Of a stretch of DNA of 64,000 nucleotides, positions 10,723 through 22,000 are shown in pieces. The stretch is from an uncultured Gemmatimonadaceae bacterium. Lineage in GTDB: Bacteria; Gemmatimonadota; Gemmatimonadetes; Gemmatimonadales; Gemmatimonadaceae. The notes under the pieces were generated by a model. That model made no database searches, was not told where the DNA came from, and saw only the letters and a list, made by a program, of their open reading frames with translations. Where the stretch lies: NCBI GenBank assembly GCA_963829055.1, contig CAWHHI010000012.1:480001-544000 (forward strand). Reading direction: 5' to 3'. How positions within the stretch are numbered: position 1 is the stretch's first letter; each line of letters opens with the position of its first letter. Position numbers and translations under genes: made by a program.

Positions 10723-11903
10723 CTACTTCCGTCCTGCTCCCGCCTTCTCCTTGTTCAACCCGCCCGTCAACGGCTGCTCGCCGTTGCCGTTGCTGCTACT
10801 GCCATCGTCGAGCGGCATGCGGCCGATCATGCGCAGGAACTCGTTCGGGTCGCCCGACACGCGAAGACACTCCTCGTCCGTCACCTCCCGGCTCATGTAG
10901 AGCTGGTAGAGCGCGTCGTTCAGCGTCTGCATGCCGTACTTCTTGCCCGACTGCATGAGCGAGTAGATCTGGTGGATCTTGTCGTCGCGAATGAGCGCGC
11001 GAATCGCCGGCGTCACGACGAGGATCTCCGCCGCCATCGCGCGGCCGCGACCCTTCGCCTTCGGCAGCAGCGTCTGCGTGATGATCCCCTCGAGCACGAA
11101 CGCGAGCTGCGCGCGCACCTGCGACTGCTGGTGGCTCGGGAAGACGTCGATGATGCGGTTGATCGCCTCCGCCGCCGAGTTCGTGTGCAGCGTCGCGAAC
11201 GCGAGGTGACCGGTTTCGGCGATCGTCAGCGCGGCCTGGATCGTTTCCAGGTCGCGCATTTCACCGATCAGGATCGTGTCGGGGTCTTCACGCAGCGCGT
11301 ACTTGAGCGCGTTGGCGAACGACTTCGTGTCCGTGCCGACCTCGCGCTGGTTGACGATGCAGCCCTGATGCCGGTGAATGAACTCGATCGGATCTTCGAC
11401 CGTGATGATGTGGCCTTTGCGCTCGCGGTTGATCTTGTCGATCATCGCCGCGAGCGTCGTCGACTTGCCGGAGCCCGTGGGCCCCGTGACCAGCACGAGA
11501 CCGCGCGGCTTCTCCGCCATCTTCGCGATCACGGCCGGAAGTCCGAGATCGGTGAACGAGCGGATGTTGAACGGGATCTGTCGAATGACCATCGACACGC
11601 AGCCGCGCTGCTTGAAGCAGTTGCCGCGGAAGCGCGCGAGGTTCTGGATGCCGAACGAGAAGTCGAGCTCGTCCTCCATCTCGAACCGCTTCTTCTGATT
11701 CTCGGTGAGCACCGAGTACGCGAGCTGCAGCGTGTCCTTCGGCGTGAGCACGTACTCGAGCTCGGCGTTCGTGATGTCGCCGTCGACGCGGAGCTTCGCG
11801 CGCTCGCCGGCGGTGATGTGCAGGTCGGACGCGTCGCGCTCGATCATCTCCTCGAGCAGCGCGCGAAGGTTGACGCTGGTCGGCGGTTGCTGGGAGCGGT
11901 CAT
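10723..11903 (-). CDS. pilT: Type IV pilus retraction ATPase
   Basis: ASDLH, GPTGSGKST, TVEDPIE, ALREDPD, GEMRD, AIRALIRDDKIHQI, GMQT. ATG 11903 is likely out of frame by an indel. Confidence 0.93.
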
Positions 11904-12105
11904 GGAACCGGTGCGATGTGGCGTGTGCAGGTGTGAGGACCGACGTGTGAGCCGAACGACTCACCGAATCCGCTTCCTCTGCGCGATTGCGACCCACGAC
12001 GCGCTGCCTATAGAGGCGGCACTCAGCTACCAACGAGACGGACCGAGGCGCGCCGTCGCGTAACGTGCAGCGAATCCGGTGTGCGTTAGGTCACGCGGCG
12101 CTGCA

Positions 12106-12196
12106 GCCGTCAGTCGTCAGTCGCAGCCGTCAGCTACTGCGGCAGCTCACGGCTGACAGCTCGCGACGTTCGAGCTGATGGCTGACGACCGATGAC
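12106..12196. repeat. Degenerate inverted heptamer arrays (GTCAGTC/GCTGACG-like) between pilB and pilT
   Basis: gccgtcagtcgtcagtcgcagccgtcagc ... gctgacagc ... gctgatggctgacgaccgatgac. Confidence 0.55.
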
Positions 12197-12203
12197 TTAG
12201 CTG

Positions 12204-14039
12204 CTACTGCGCTCCGGTCTCGCGAATCACCTGCTCGAGTGTCGTGATGCCCTTCAGCACCTTGAGCCAGCCGTCCATGCGCAGCGTCAGCATGCCTTCC
12301 TCGATGGCGCCGTCGCGGATCTCCGCGGCGCCGACGTTCTGCAGGATCAGGCGCCGCAGCTTCGGCGTCATGATCATGACTTCGTACAGACCCTGACGGC
12401 CCTTGAGCCCCGTGCCGCCGCACGCGTCGCAGCCCTTTCCCTTGAAGTACGGCAGCTGGCCGATCGTCGTCTCGAGCGACAGCCCTTCGAGGTGCGGCGC
12501 TGCGTCGGGCGTTGCCCGCGACGCGCGCATTGTCCAGCGCTTCCTGCGTGAACCGGAGATCGCCGAGCGTCGTGTCGCGCGTCACCTTCGCGCCCGACGA
12601 GCTCGCTGTCGTCCGGCGTGTACTTCACCCGGCACTGCGAGCAGATGCGCCTAACGAGTCGCTGCGCGAGCACCAGGTTGAGCGCCGACGCCACGTTGAA
12701 CGGCTCGAGACCCATGTCGAGCAGACGCGTCACCGTCTCCGGCGCCGAGTTCGTGTGCAGCGTCGAGAGCACGAGGTGACCCGTGAGCGCGGCCTTGATC
12801 GCGATGCCGCCCGTCTCCAGGTCTCGAATCTCACCGACCATGATGATGTTCGGGTCCTGACGCAGGAACGCCTTCAGCGCCGCCGCGAACGTCATCCCGA
12901 TGTCGGTGCGCACCTGCACCTGGTTGATCCCGAAGAGGTTGTACTCGACGGGATCTTCGGCCGTCATGATGTTGACGTCGATGTTGTTGATCTTCGACAG
13001 CGCCGAATACAGCGTCGTCGTCTTTCCGGAACCCGTCGGGCCGGTGACGAGCACCATGCCGTACGGATTCTGCACCGCCTCCATCAGCTCGCGCTCGGCG
13101 CGCGGCTCGATGCCGAACTTCTCGAGGTCGAGCGTCAGGTTGCCCTTGTCGAGAATTCGGAGCACGACCTTTTCGCCGAACAGCGTCGGCAGCGTCGAGA
13201 CGCGGTAGTCGATGACCTTGTTGCCGTACTTCAGCTTGATGCGCCCGTCCTGCGGCACGCGACGCTCGGCGATGTTGAGCGACGCCATGATCTTGAAGCG
13301 CGAGATGAGCGCCGCCTTGAGCTTGATCGGGCGGCTTCATGACTTCGCTGAGCGCGCCGTCGATGCGGTAGCGAACGCGCAGCTCGTGCTCGAAGCACTC
13401 GAAGTGGATGTCCGACGCGCCGCGCTTCACGGCGTCGGTCATGATCGCGTTGATCAGCTTGACGACCGGCGCGTCATCGACCGCGGCCGCCATCGCCGCC
13501 GCCGAGACGTCGTCGTCCGCGTCCTCGAGCACCTCAATGTCGCCGAGCGCATCGGCGGCAATGTCCTCGAGCAGCGCGGCCATCTGGACGTCCGACCCTT
13601 CGTAGTGCTTCTCGACGAAGTTGCGGAGCGTGAACTCCCCGGCGAGCACCGGGAAGATGTCGTAGCGCGTGATGAACTTCAGGTCATCGATGACCGCGAT
13701 GTTGCTCGGATCGGCCATCGCGACGGTGAGCGTGCGACCGTCGCGCTTGAGCGGCAGGATCAGGTGCTTCGTCGCGAGGTCGTTCGGGATCGAGCTTGAT
13801 GATCCGCGGATCGACCTCGAACCGCGTGAGGTCGACCGCCGGCATGCGGTGCTGCCGCGCGATGAGCTTCGTGAGCTCGTTCTCGTCGATGAAGCCGAGC
13901 TTCACGAGGCAGTAGCCGAGCCGCATGCCGCTCTGCGTCTGCTCCTGGAGGGCGCGCGAGAGCTGCTCCTTGCGAGATGAGCCCTTCGCGGACGAGCACT
14001 TCGCCGATTCGATCCTGGAGTCGCTACCGGAGCTGCCAC
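12204..14039 (-). CDS. pilB: Type IV pilus assembly ATPase, several apparent frameshifts
   Basis: [67 protein letters not shown] and CDAC Zn pairs, [10 protein letters not shown]. Confidence 0.92.
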
Positions 14040-14788
14040 GTTAGGCGGTTCGCGAAGATGAGTGAGCGTGGTGACGCGGTAGTGTTCAGTGTCGGCATGC
14101 ACCCGCGTGTCCGCATGCGCGCGTTGCGCGATGCGCATGCTACGGCGTGCGCTCGCGACGGCACGACTTCGACGGCGGTGAACAGGCTCCTAAGTCGCGG
14201 ATCGACAACCGCATTGCTAGGACGCGCCGTGCCCGAAAACGTCACCCGCCCGCGAAGCAGCGCGACGAGCGCATGGACCGACGCCGCGAACGCGCTCGAA
14301 TCCCGTCGAGCGAACCGAACGGCCCGTTGGCGGATCGGTCTTCGACAATGCGACGCGCGAGCACGGCGCCGATCCGTGGGAGCGATTCGATCTCGCTCTC
14401 GGTCGCGACGTCGAGATCCACGAGCGCACGGCTGCGCCGATGTGTCTCGCCACGGCATTCGACTCGAAGACAGCGCGAATCGAGCGGCTACGACGTGCCG
14501 TCCGCGAGATCCGATTCGGTGGAGTCGACCGCGCTGACGGAGTCCGCACGGGTCGCGGATGGCCACGCGGCCGACGAACGCTCCTGGTTCGATCGCGCCG
14601 CCCTTCTGACGTCGCGTCTTTGTCCGCGCGCCGAATCGACCGCGGCGAGCTGTCGCGCGAGCGCCTGGCGAGTTGCTGGCGTCCGACGATCCATCGTCGC
14701 GCGCGGCACGCACGACACGCACGCTCGCGCCGAGGACAATGACGCCGGCGAGGAACAGCAGCGCTTTGCGTTCGGCGGGAGTTGGCAT
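14024..14788 (-). CDS. comEA: ComEA-like helix-hairpin-helix DNA-binding protein, frameshifted; 3' end uncertain
   Basis: N-terminal TM MPTPAERKALLFLAGVIVLGASVR. Alternate frames give VDLDVATESEIESLPRIGAVLARRIVEDRSANGPFGSL and FERVRGVGP. Confidence 0.72.
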   Translation of the reverse strand: MPTPAERKALLFLAGVIVLGASVRVVRAARDDGSSDASNSPGARATARRGRFGARTKTRRQKGGAIEPGAFVGRVAIRDPCGLRQRGRLHRIGSRGRHVVAARFALSSSRMPWRDTSAQPCARGSRRRDRERDRIAPTDRRRARASHCRRPIRQRAVRFARRDSSAFAASVHALVALLRGRVTFSGTARPSNAVVDPRLRSLFTAVEVVPSRAHAVACASRNARMRTRGCMPTLNTTASPRSLIFANRLTWQLR

Positions 14789-15051
14789 GGCGCCAAGATG
14801 TCGCGGCGTCGACCTCCGGACTGCATCGAAATCGTGCGCGCCGTTCCCTTTTCCCGCATGAACCCATTAAGTTCCTGCGGCGCTCGCGACAGTTGTGAGC
14901 GCTTCCTGATCGCATTACCCACCGCGCCCCCGGGTGCGGGAGAGGCTTCGCTGGCCAGGCGGCCGTGAAGCGGTCGTTCGGCCTCGGGCCACACGCCAGA
15001 CGGCCTGAGGACATGGCCGCGACCTCCCGAGCACAGCGCCATGAAGGTCAT

Positions 15052-17907
15052 ATGACCGCACAATTCCGTCCGCGACGGGGTGCGTACGCTCGCCCTCGCC
15101 GCGGCGTATGCCGTTACCGCCGCCGTCGGCTCTGGCTCGGCGCGACGTTGCACGACACGCCGCCACTATGGCCCGCGGCTGGCCTCGCCATCGCCGCGTT
15201 ATGCATCGGTGGCGTGCGCCTCTGGCCGGGCGATCACGCTCGGGACGCTGATCGTGTTCGGCACCCCGCGGCAACGGCGCGTTGCTCACGGCGGCGATCG
15301 TCGCATCGACGACGCTGGAAGCCGGTGATCGGCGGCACTGGTGCTCAGCGGCGTCGCGTCGCTTCCGCCCAGACCTTCGCCGCACGCGTGATGCCTGTCG
15401 CGCTCGTCGTGACCGGCGGCGTCATCGCGCCAGCGATCGGCGCGCTCGTCGGCGCCGGGGCGTTCGCGCCTACGGCTCGCGCGATCGCCCTGGATCGTTC
15501 GGCGCCGAGTGGCTCGAATGGTTCCTCGGCGACGCGATCGGCGCGATCGTGTTCGCGCCGGCGGTCCTCGTGTGGATGCCGCAGGCGCGTCCGCGCACGC
15601 GCGGCCGGCGCCCGCGGGAAACGATGGCGTTCGTCTTCGGGCTCGCGGTGTCATCGTTCGTCGCCCTCGGCGGTGTGCCGTTGATCGGTGGTGAAGACAG
15701 GCCGCTCATCTTCATCAGCTTTCCGTTCATCGTCTGGGGCGCGTTGAGGCTCGGTCTCAGAACGACGATGACCGCGGTCGCGTCCGTCTCTGTGGCGGCG
15801 AGCGTCGCCGCGGCGATGCACATCGGGTCATTCGACGCATCCCGACACCGACGTCGGCACGCTGCTGCAGGCCTATCTGGCCGACCGCTGCGACGACGGC
15901 GCTGCATCGTGGCGGCGTCCGCCGCTGAGCGCCGTGACGCGACTCGATCGGCTGACCGAGAGCGAGCGTCAGCTTTCGCTCGTCTTCGACAGCAACTCGG
16001 ATACGCTGCTGCTGTTCGCGCGTCGACGGCCCGGACCAGTACCGACTGATCACGGCGAACGGGCGTTGCACGCGATGTTGCGTCGCCACCGGCCCGAAAT
16101 GGCCGATCGTCCGCTCGCGGCATCGCCGATGGAGGAGTTCATCACCGACGTGCTCGAGCTTCCCGCCGACCGCATACGCGAGGAACATCGAGTTCTTCCG
16201 CCGCGTCATCGATGACGAAGGCGCCGCTCTCGTACGAGAACATCGACTGGGGTCGGGCCGATCAGGTCTCGGAAGTCACGGTCATCCCGGTCTTCGATCG
16301 CGCCGGCCGGTGCACGCACGTCCTTCGATCATCGCGCGACATCTCGGCCCGCAAGCAGGCGGAGGCACTCGCTCCGGCTGCACGACTTCGTGATGACGAA
16401 CGCGCCGTTAGGTGTGCTGATGCTGAACGCCGTCACAGTCAGATCGTCTTCGCGAACGAGACGGCGTGCAGCCTCCTCGCTCGGCCGCACGCAACGAGTT
16501 GCTCGGGCGCCGGCTCGATGACCTGGACGCGCCGGGACTGGCGGACGCACTGGGCAGTCGCTGCTGGAGATCGGACGGCGCTGGGACGGCCACGAGCGTC
16601 GAGTTCGATCGCGTTGACGCGATGACGGCAGCCGACATCCACTCGAGCTGTCGATCGCGTATCCTCGCGTACGCGGGCAGCGACGTGTCGTGCGTGTTCG
16701 TCCGCGACATGTCGGAGCGTCGGCGCGCCGAGACGACGCGGCGCAACGCTCGAGGCGGAGCTGTTCCACGCGCAGAAAATGGATGCCATGGGCACACTCG
16801 CTGGCGGCATCGCGCACGACTTCAACAACATTCTGACCGCCATCGTCGGCAACGCCGAGATGGCGCAGATCGAGCTTCCGCCGAACCATACCGGCCGCCA
16901 GGACATCGCCGAGGTGCAACGCGCGACGCGTCGCGCGCGCGATCTCGTGCCGCAGATCCTCACGTTCAGTCGCAAGCAGCAGCCCGAGCGGCGGCCGGTG
17001 CGCGTCGCAGACGTCATCGATGACGTCGTGCGGCTGCTCCGCGCGACGATCCCTGTCGACGATCGACCTACGCTCGCGAAGCCGATTCACGAACGCGCAG
17101 ATCTTCGGCGAGCCGACGCAGTTGCATCAGGTGCTGACGAACCTGGGGACGAATGCCGCGCACGCCATCGGGCGAGCAGCACGGGGTGATCGCGCTCTCG
17201 CAGACGCTGGTCGACGTCGACGGGGAATCCATGCGCGGAGATCTGCTGCCGGGGCGGTACGTCTGCATCACGGTGACGGACACCGGACACGGCATGGATC
17301 GGCCGACGCTCGAACGCGCGTTCGAGCCGTTCTTCACGACGAAGGACCCGGGCGTCGGCACGGGACTCGGCCTCGCGGTGGTGCACGGCATCGTGAAGAA
17401 TCATGATGGCGTGGTGCTCGTGGAGAGCACGCCGGGCGAGGGTACGACGTTCCGCTGTACTTCCCTCTGCTCGCGGGCGACGCCGGCGAGCGACGCCCGG
17501 CGGAGGCGACGTGAGATCCCGCGCGGCGCCGGGCGAGCGAGTGCTGTTCGTGGACGACGAGCCCTCGCTCTCCGACGTGACTCGCCGGATGCTCGAACGC
17601 CTCGGCTACCAGGTCGTGGCGCTCCGCTCGGCGACGGACGCGCTGGCGGTGTTTCGCGCCGAACCCGACGGCGTTCGATCTCGTGATCAGCGACCTGACG
17701 ATGCCGGGCCTAACGGGCGCGCAGCTCGCGGTGGAGATGCGTCGCGTGCGGGCGAACGTGCCGGTGATCCTGTCGACGGGGTATCTCGACCGCCTCGACG
17801 GCGCGACGGCGGAGTCGTTGCGCGTGCATGAGCTGCTGATCAAGCCGTACACGACGGAGGCGCTCGCGACGGCGGTCCAGCGCGCGCTGAGCGCGGCAGC
17901 CGCCTAA
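15052..17907 (+). CDS. Hybrid sensor histidine kinase (MASE1-PAS-PAS-HisKA-HATPase-REC), heavily frameshifted
   Basis: PLWPAAGLA and WFLGDAIG (MASE1), [11 protein letters not shown] (PAS), [43 protein letters not shown]. Confidence 0.85.
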
Positions 17908-17917
17908 CGCCTCCCAT

Positions 17918-18012
17918 GTCATCCCGAGCGTCAGCGAGGGATCTTGTGATGTCATCGTAGCCGGACTGGCCACGAGTACTTCACGAAGGTCCCTCGCTGC
18001 GCTCGGGATGAC
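17918..18012. repeat. REP/MITE-like inverted-repeat element between convergent genes
   Basis: gtcatcccgagcgtcagcgagggatc ... ggtccctcgctgcgctcgggatgac, followed by (ccgccgt)x3. Confidence 0.7.
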
Positions 18013-18062
18013 GACGTTTTCTCCCGCCGTCCGCCGTCCGCCGTCCTCCTTCCGCGGCCTAA

Positions 18063-19003
18063 CTAGTCTTGCGCGCCTGTGATGAGCGCGACCGCCACAT
18101 CACCGACGATCTTCAACGACTGCGCCGACACCTTGTCGAGCGTGTCATCAGGCGTGTGGTGGTAGTTCGGCTTTCCCGAGCCCGGCGGGCCCAGGTAGTC
18201 GAGGTCGATGACGTCGATCACGCGCAGCCCCTTGTCGAGCAGCGGAATGTGATCGTCCGTCACCGCGTAGCCGGTACGCGGCGGGAAGTATTTCTGGTAG
18301 CCGAGCTTCGCCGCCGTGTCCCAGACGCGCGACACGACTTCCGGCGCCCGGTCCACGGAGTTCGACTCCTGCGGAATCAGCAGGTCCGCGTCACCGATCA
18401 TGTCGAACAACACGCCGAACAATCGGCTGATAGCCCGCGGGCAGATTGCGCCGCGAAATACGTCGAGCCGATCAGCACGTCGACGTCCGGCGGGCCGAAC
18501 GTGCCGTAGTCTTCGCCGTCGACGAACAGCAGGTCCACGCCAACCGTCGGCGGCGTTTTCTTCAGCACGTCGCCGAGCGCGATGAACAACGCCACGCCGG
18601 ACGCGCCGTCGTTCGCGCCGGGCACGGGCAACGATCGCTTCGCCGGGTCTTCCGCCTGATCCGAAACCGGACGCGAATCCCAGTGCGTGACGTAGAGAAT
18701 GCGCGTCGTCGCCTGCGGGCGAAACCGCGCGAAGATGTTCCGGAGCGGCAGCGTGTCGCCCTTGGCCGTCACGTGATTCCACTTCTGCTCGATGACGGTG
18801 TCCGCGCGCTCGCGCATCTGCGCGACGATCCAGTCGCCGGCCTTGCGCGCGGCCTCGGTGCCGGGGACGCGCGCGCCGAAGTCGAGCTGCGTTTTCACGT
18901 ACCCGCGCGCGACCTCGCCGTCGAACGGCGTGCCTTCGGTGGACGTGGTGCGGTCGCAGGCGCCTAACAACAGCAGCGCACAGGCGAGGAAGAACATTCT
19001 CAC
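18063..19003 (-). CDS. M28-family lipoprotein, glutaminyl-cyclase-like; frameshift near 18430-18450
   Basis: Lipobox LLGAC, FGARVPGT, THWDSRP, GANDGASG, DGED, DMIGD, DDHIP, YHHTPDD. Confidence 0.85.
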
Positions 19004-22000
19004 CTCAGGTCTCCGGCGAAGAACTGCATCTGGACGACGGCCGTGATCACGGTCTGTATGAGTCGTCGGTTCAAGTTACGATCGAAGTTCACGATGCGAG
19101 AGCCCTGGATGCTGAACGTCGCGTTCTCGGCGACGTCGGTGTCGGCGTTCAGCGTGAAGGCCTGACGGCCGTTGTCGGTGAGTCGACTGCGCTGCGATGC
19201 GGCGAACAGATTCTGAACGTAGCTCTTGGTGCGGGCCTGCTGGAAGCCGAGCCTCGCGCGCAACCCGCTCTTGAGCCCCCAATCCGACCGGCAGCGCGAA
19301 CGTGCGGCCGATCTCCGCGCTCGTCTCCTTCGAGTTGCCGTTCGTCACGCTCCCCGGCAGTGAATCCACCTGCGTGCGGTACGAGTAGCCCGCCGTGGTC
19401 GTCAGCTCGCCCGGTGCCCAGGTCATCGATCCATTGATCGGGTACGTCTGCACGCGCGTGGCACGCTCCTCGGCGTTCGGCGCCGGTAATCACCGCGGGC
19501 ACCACCAGCGACTGGCGCGTACGCAGCAGACGGCCATTGATCCCGGCCGCCTTCACCAGGCCGCCGAAGCAACGGACCGCGCGGACTCCAGCGCACGTTC
19601 AGGTCGGGGAACACGATCTGGTCACCGTCGATGTTGGTCTGCTCCGCCTCGAGCCGTCGCGCCCAGTTGCGCGTCGTCGTCCGCTGCGTGCGATTCGTGA
19701 TCGCGAGGTCGAGCGGCAGGTTGAGCCCACTCGAGAGCGACAGCTGCGCGCTGGCCCCGGCACTGTTCGCGACGTCGCCGCTGAGCGCGCGGAATCCGGT
19801 GATCGAACCGATGCCGAGTTGATACCCGATACCGGGCGCGTCGGACGCGGCGTCGTAGGAGCTCAGGATCCCCTGCGTCGATGGACACGTCGATCGGTTG
19901 GAGGTATTGCGCGATGCGCCCGGCCAGCGATGCCGGTCCGGCGTACTTGGTCCCGGCTTTCGCGACATCGATCCCCGCGCCGACGGTGATGGTTCGTGTG
20001 TTTCCGAGCCGCACGGCGAGACGCGGCGGTTCGGCGGAACGCAGGCGTCGATGGCAGCGAATCACGCGAACAGCAGCGGAGCATTCGGATCGCGCAGCAA
20101 CGAGAAGCTCGACGCGAGGTCCACGCGAGGACGCAGCCAGCCCGGCGATCTCGGGCGCATACGTGACTGAGCTCGCAGAGCTGCCGCTCGCGCTCGATGC
20201 CGGCGTCCATCCCGAGGAACGACTCCGCGGTCGGTCGGCCGCGGCAGCCCCGTTAGGCGTCATCGGGTCGTAGTCGCGGAGGTCGCGGAGGATGACGACG
20301 TCCGCGCGCGCTGTGAGGTGCGGCAGCGGCTGTAGCTCCAGCGACCGATGCGTTCCGCCACAGATCGCTCTCCCCCGTCGCCACCCGGCCCGGTATCGTC
20401 CACGGCGTCCGCGGGCTTGAGGAACGACTCGCGCCGCTCGGAGTCGCGCGCCAGGCCGCTCGTGAGGCGGAACGACGTGGGTCGCAGGTTGAACGCGCCC
20501 GGTGCCTGACCGCCGGTGGACAGCCACGGCGGCATGAGTGCGCGAAGACCACGCGCGCCACCGTCGCCGCCACCCGGGCCCGAGCCCACGACCGGCAGCG
20601 TCACGAAGTAGTCGCCGGAAAGCGTGAACCGGTGTCGTGAGCCCGTCCTGGAACTCGGACCGGTTGCCTAACGCGTAGATAGGTGCCGGTGACGCCGAGG
20701 TGGTTGACGATCGGCGCGTACCAGGCGCCGGCGAGCGGCTGTACCCGTCTGACGGACAGCGCGTAGCTCGTGGACGATGTCCGCGGCGATCGAAGCCCCT
20801 CGATCTCGTCGCCGGCCACGTCCGACTGCGCGAGGAACGTCGGGTCGACAGCGGCGTTCGCGTAGGAGATCGTGAGTGGGAGCGCCAGACCCGAGACGTG
20901 GCGGCAGGAACTGGTCGAGCCGGACGGTCGTGGCGAGCTCCAGGTCGTTGTTCGTCTGGAACGACGGTGCCTCGCCCGAGCTGACGGAAGTACGGGTCCC
21001 GGCGCGTCGTCGCGATCCGGACCGTCGCGAGGTCGCCTAACGCCATCGACAGGCCGATCTGCCCGGCGAACCCACTCGTGTTCACGACGTCCGTCGAGCC
21101 GGATGTCATCGACCCACACCTCCATCGTGTCGCTCGGCGTGAGCGGCGTGGGCCCGGTCGCGGAGTCGACGCGCACGATGCCGACCGCGAGCTCCTGCAC
21201 GCTGCCGAGGTTCGGCGGCGCGACGGCTGGATCCGTCGTGTACACCATGTAGCCGCCGTCACACGCGGCGAACCGGTTCACGGCCGAACCGACCGGCAGC
21301 CCCGATCGCACGATGAGCGCGGAGTCGGCGCCCGAGCACGAGAGTGAATCGGCGCGAGCCGTTCAGGTACGCGCCTTCGAGCTTCGCGCGCAACGCGAAG
21401 AACTTCTCGAAGCGCACGCGGACCTCCGGCTCCCACGCCGCGCGTGTCGCGCCCGCGCTGGCGGGCGTGCGGTAGAGGTAGAAGTTGTTCGGGTCGCGAC
21501 CGATCTTGATGAAGAACTGCAGCTCGCCGTTCTGACCCCAGCCGTTGCCGCGGCCGCGCGCCCACACGCGAAGCTCCTTGTAGCGACATGAAGCTCTTCT
21601 GTCCTTCGGGAAACCTGAAGAACGCTTCGGCGCGGTCGTACTTCGCGAGACCGCCAGCCTGGAGGCGCAGCGAGCGCTCGTTGATCTGCACGCGCGCGGA
21701 GTCGAACTGCGTCTGAAGATTGTCCGGCTCGTCGACCACGCCGGGCGGCGGCTCGTAGACCAGGCCGCGCGTCGAGTCCTGACTCTCCGTGCCGATCACG
21801 CCCGCCACTGACGTAGCCCGGCGGGCTCTGTTCGCGCTCCCCGGCGATTCCGGCGAGCGGCCGGCTGCTGCGCTTGAGCCACGGCGCGCCGACGAAGCGA
21901 AGCCGCGCGATCGCGGTCGTGATGAACGCGTCATCGCTGCGCCGAATTCGACGAGATGGTCGTGATGCGCAGCGCCTGGACCCGGCGCACAAGCGGGCCA

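Noticed and set aside
10717..12063. Long antisense or alternate-frame ORFs (e.g. 10717-12063 +, 34440-36047 -, 40121-41332 -, 57088-58143 -)
   Set aside because: These are shadows of well-supported genes in high-GC DNA, with Arg-rich composition and no motifs.
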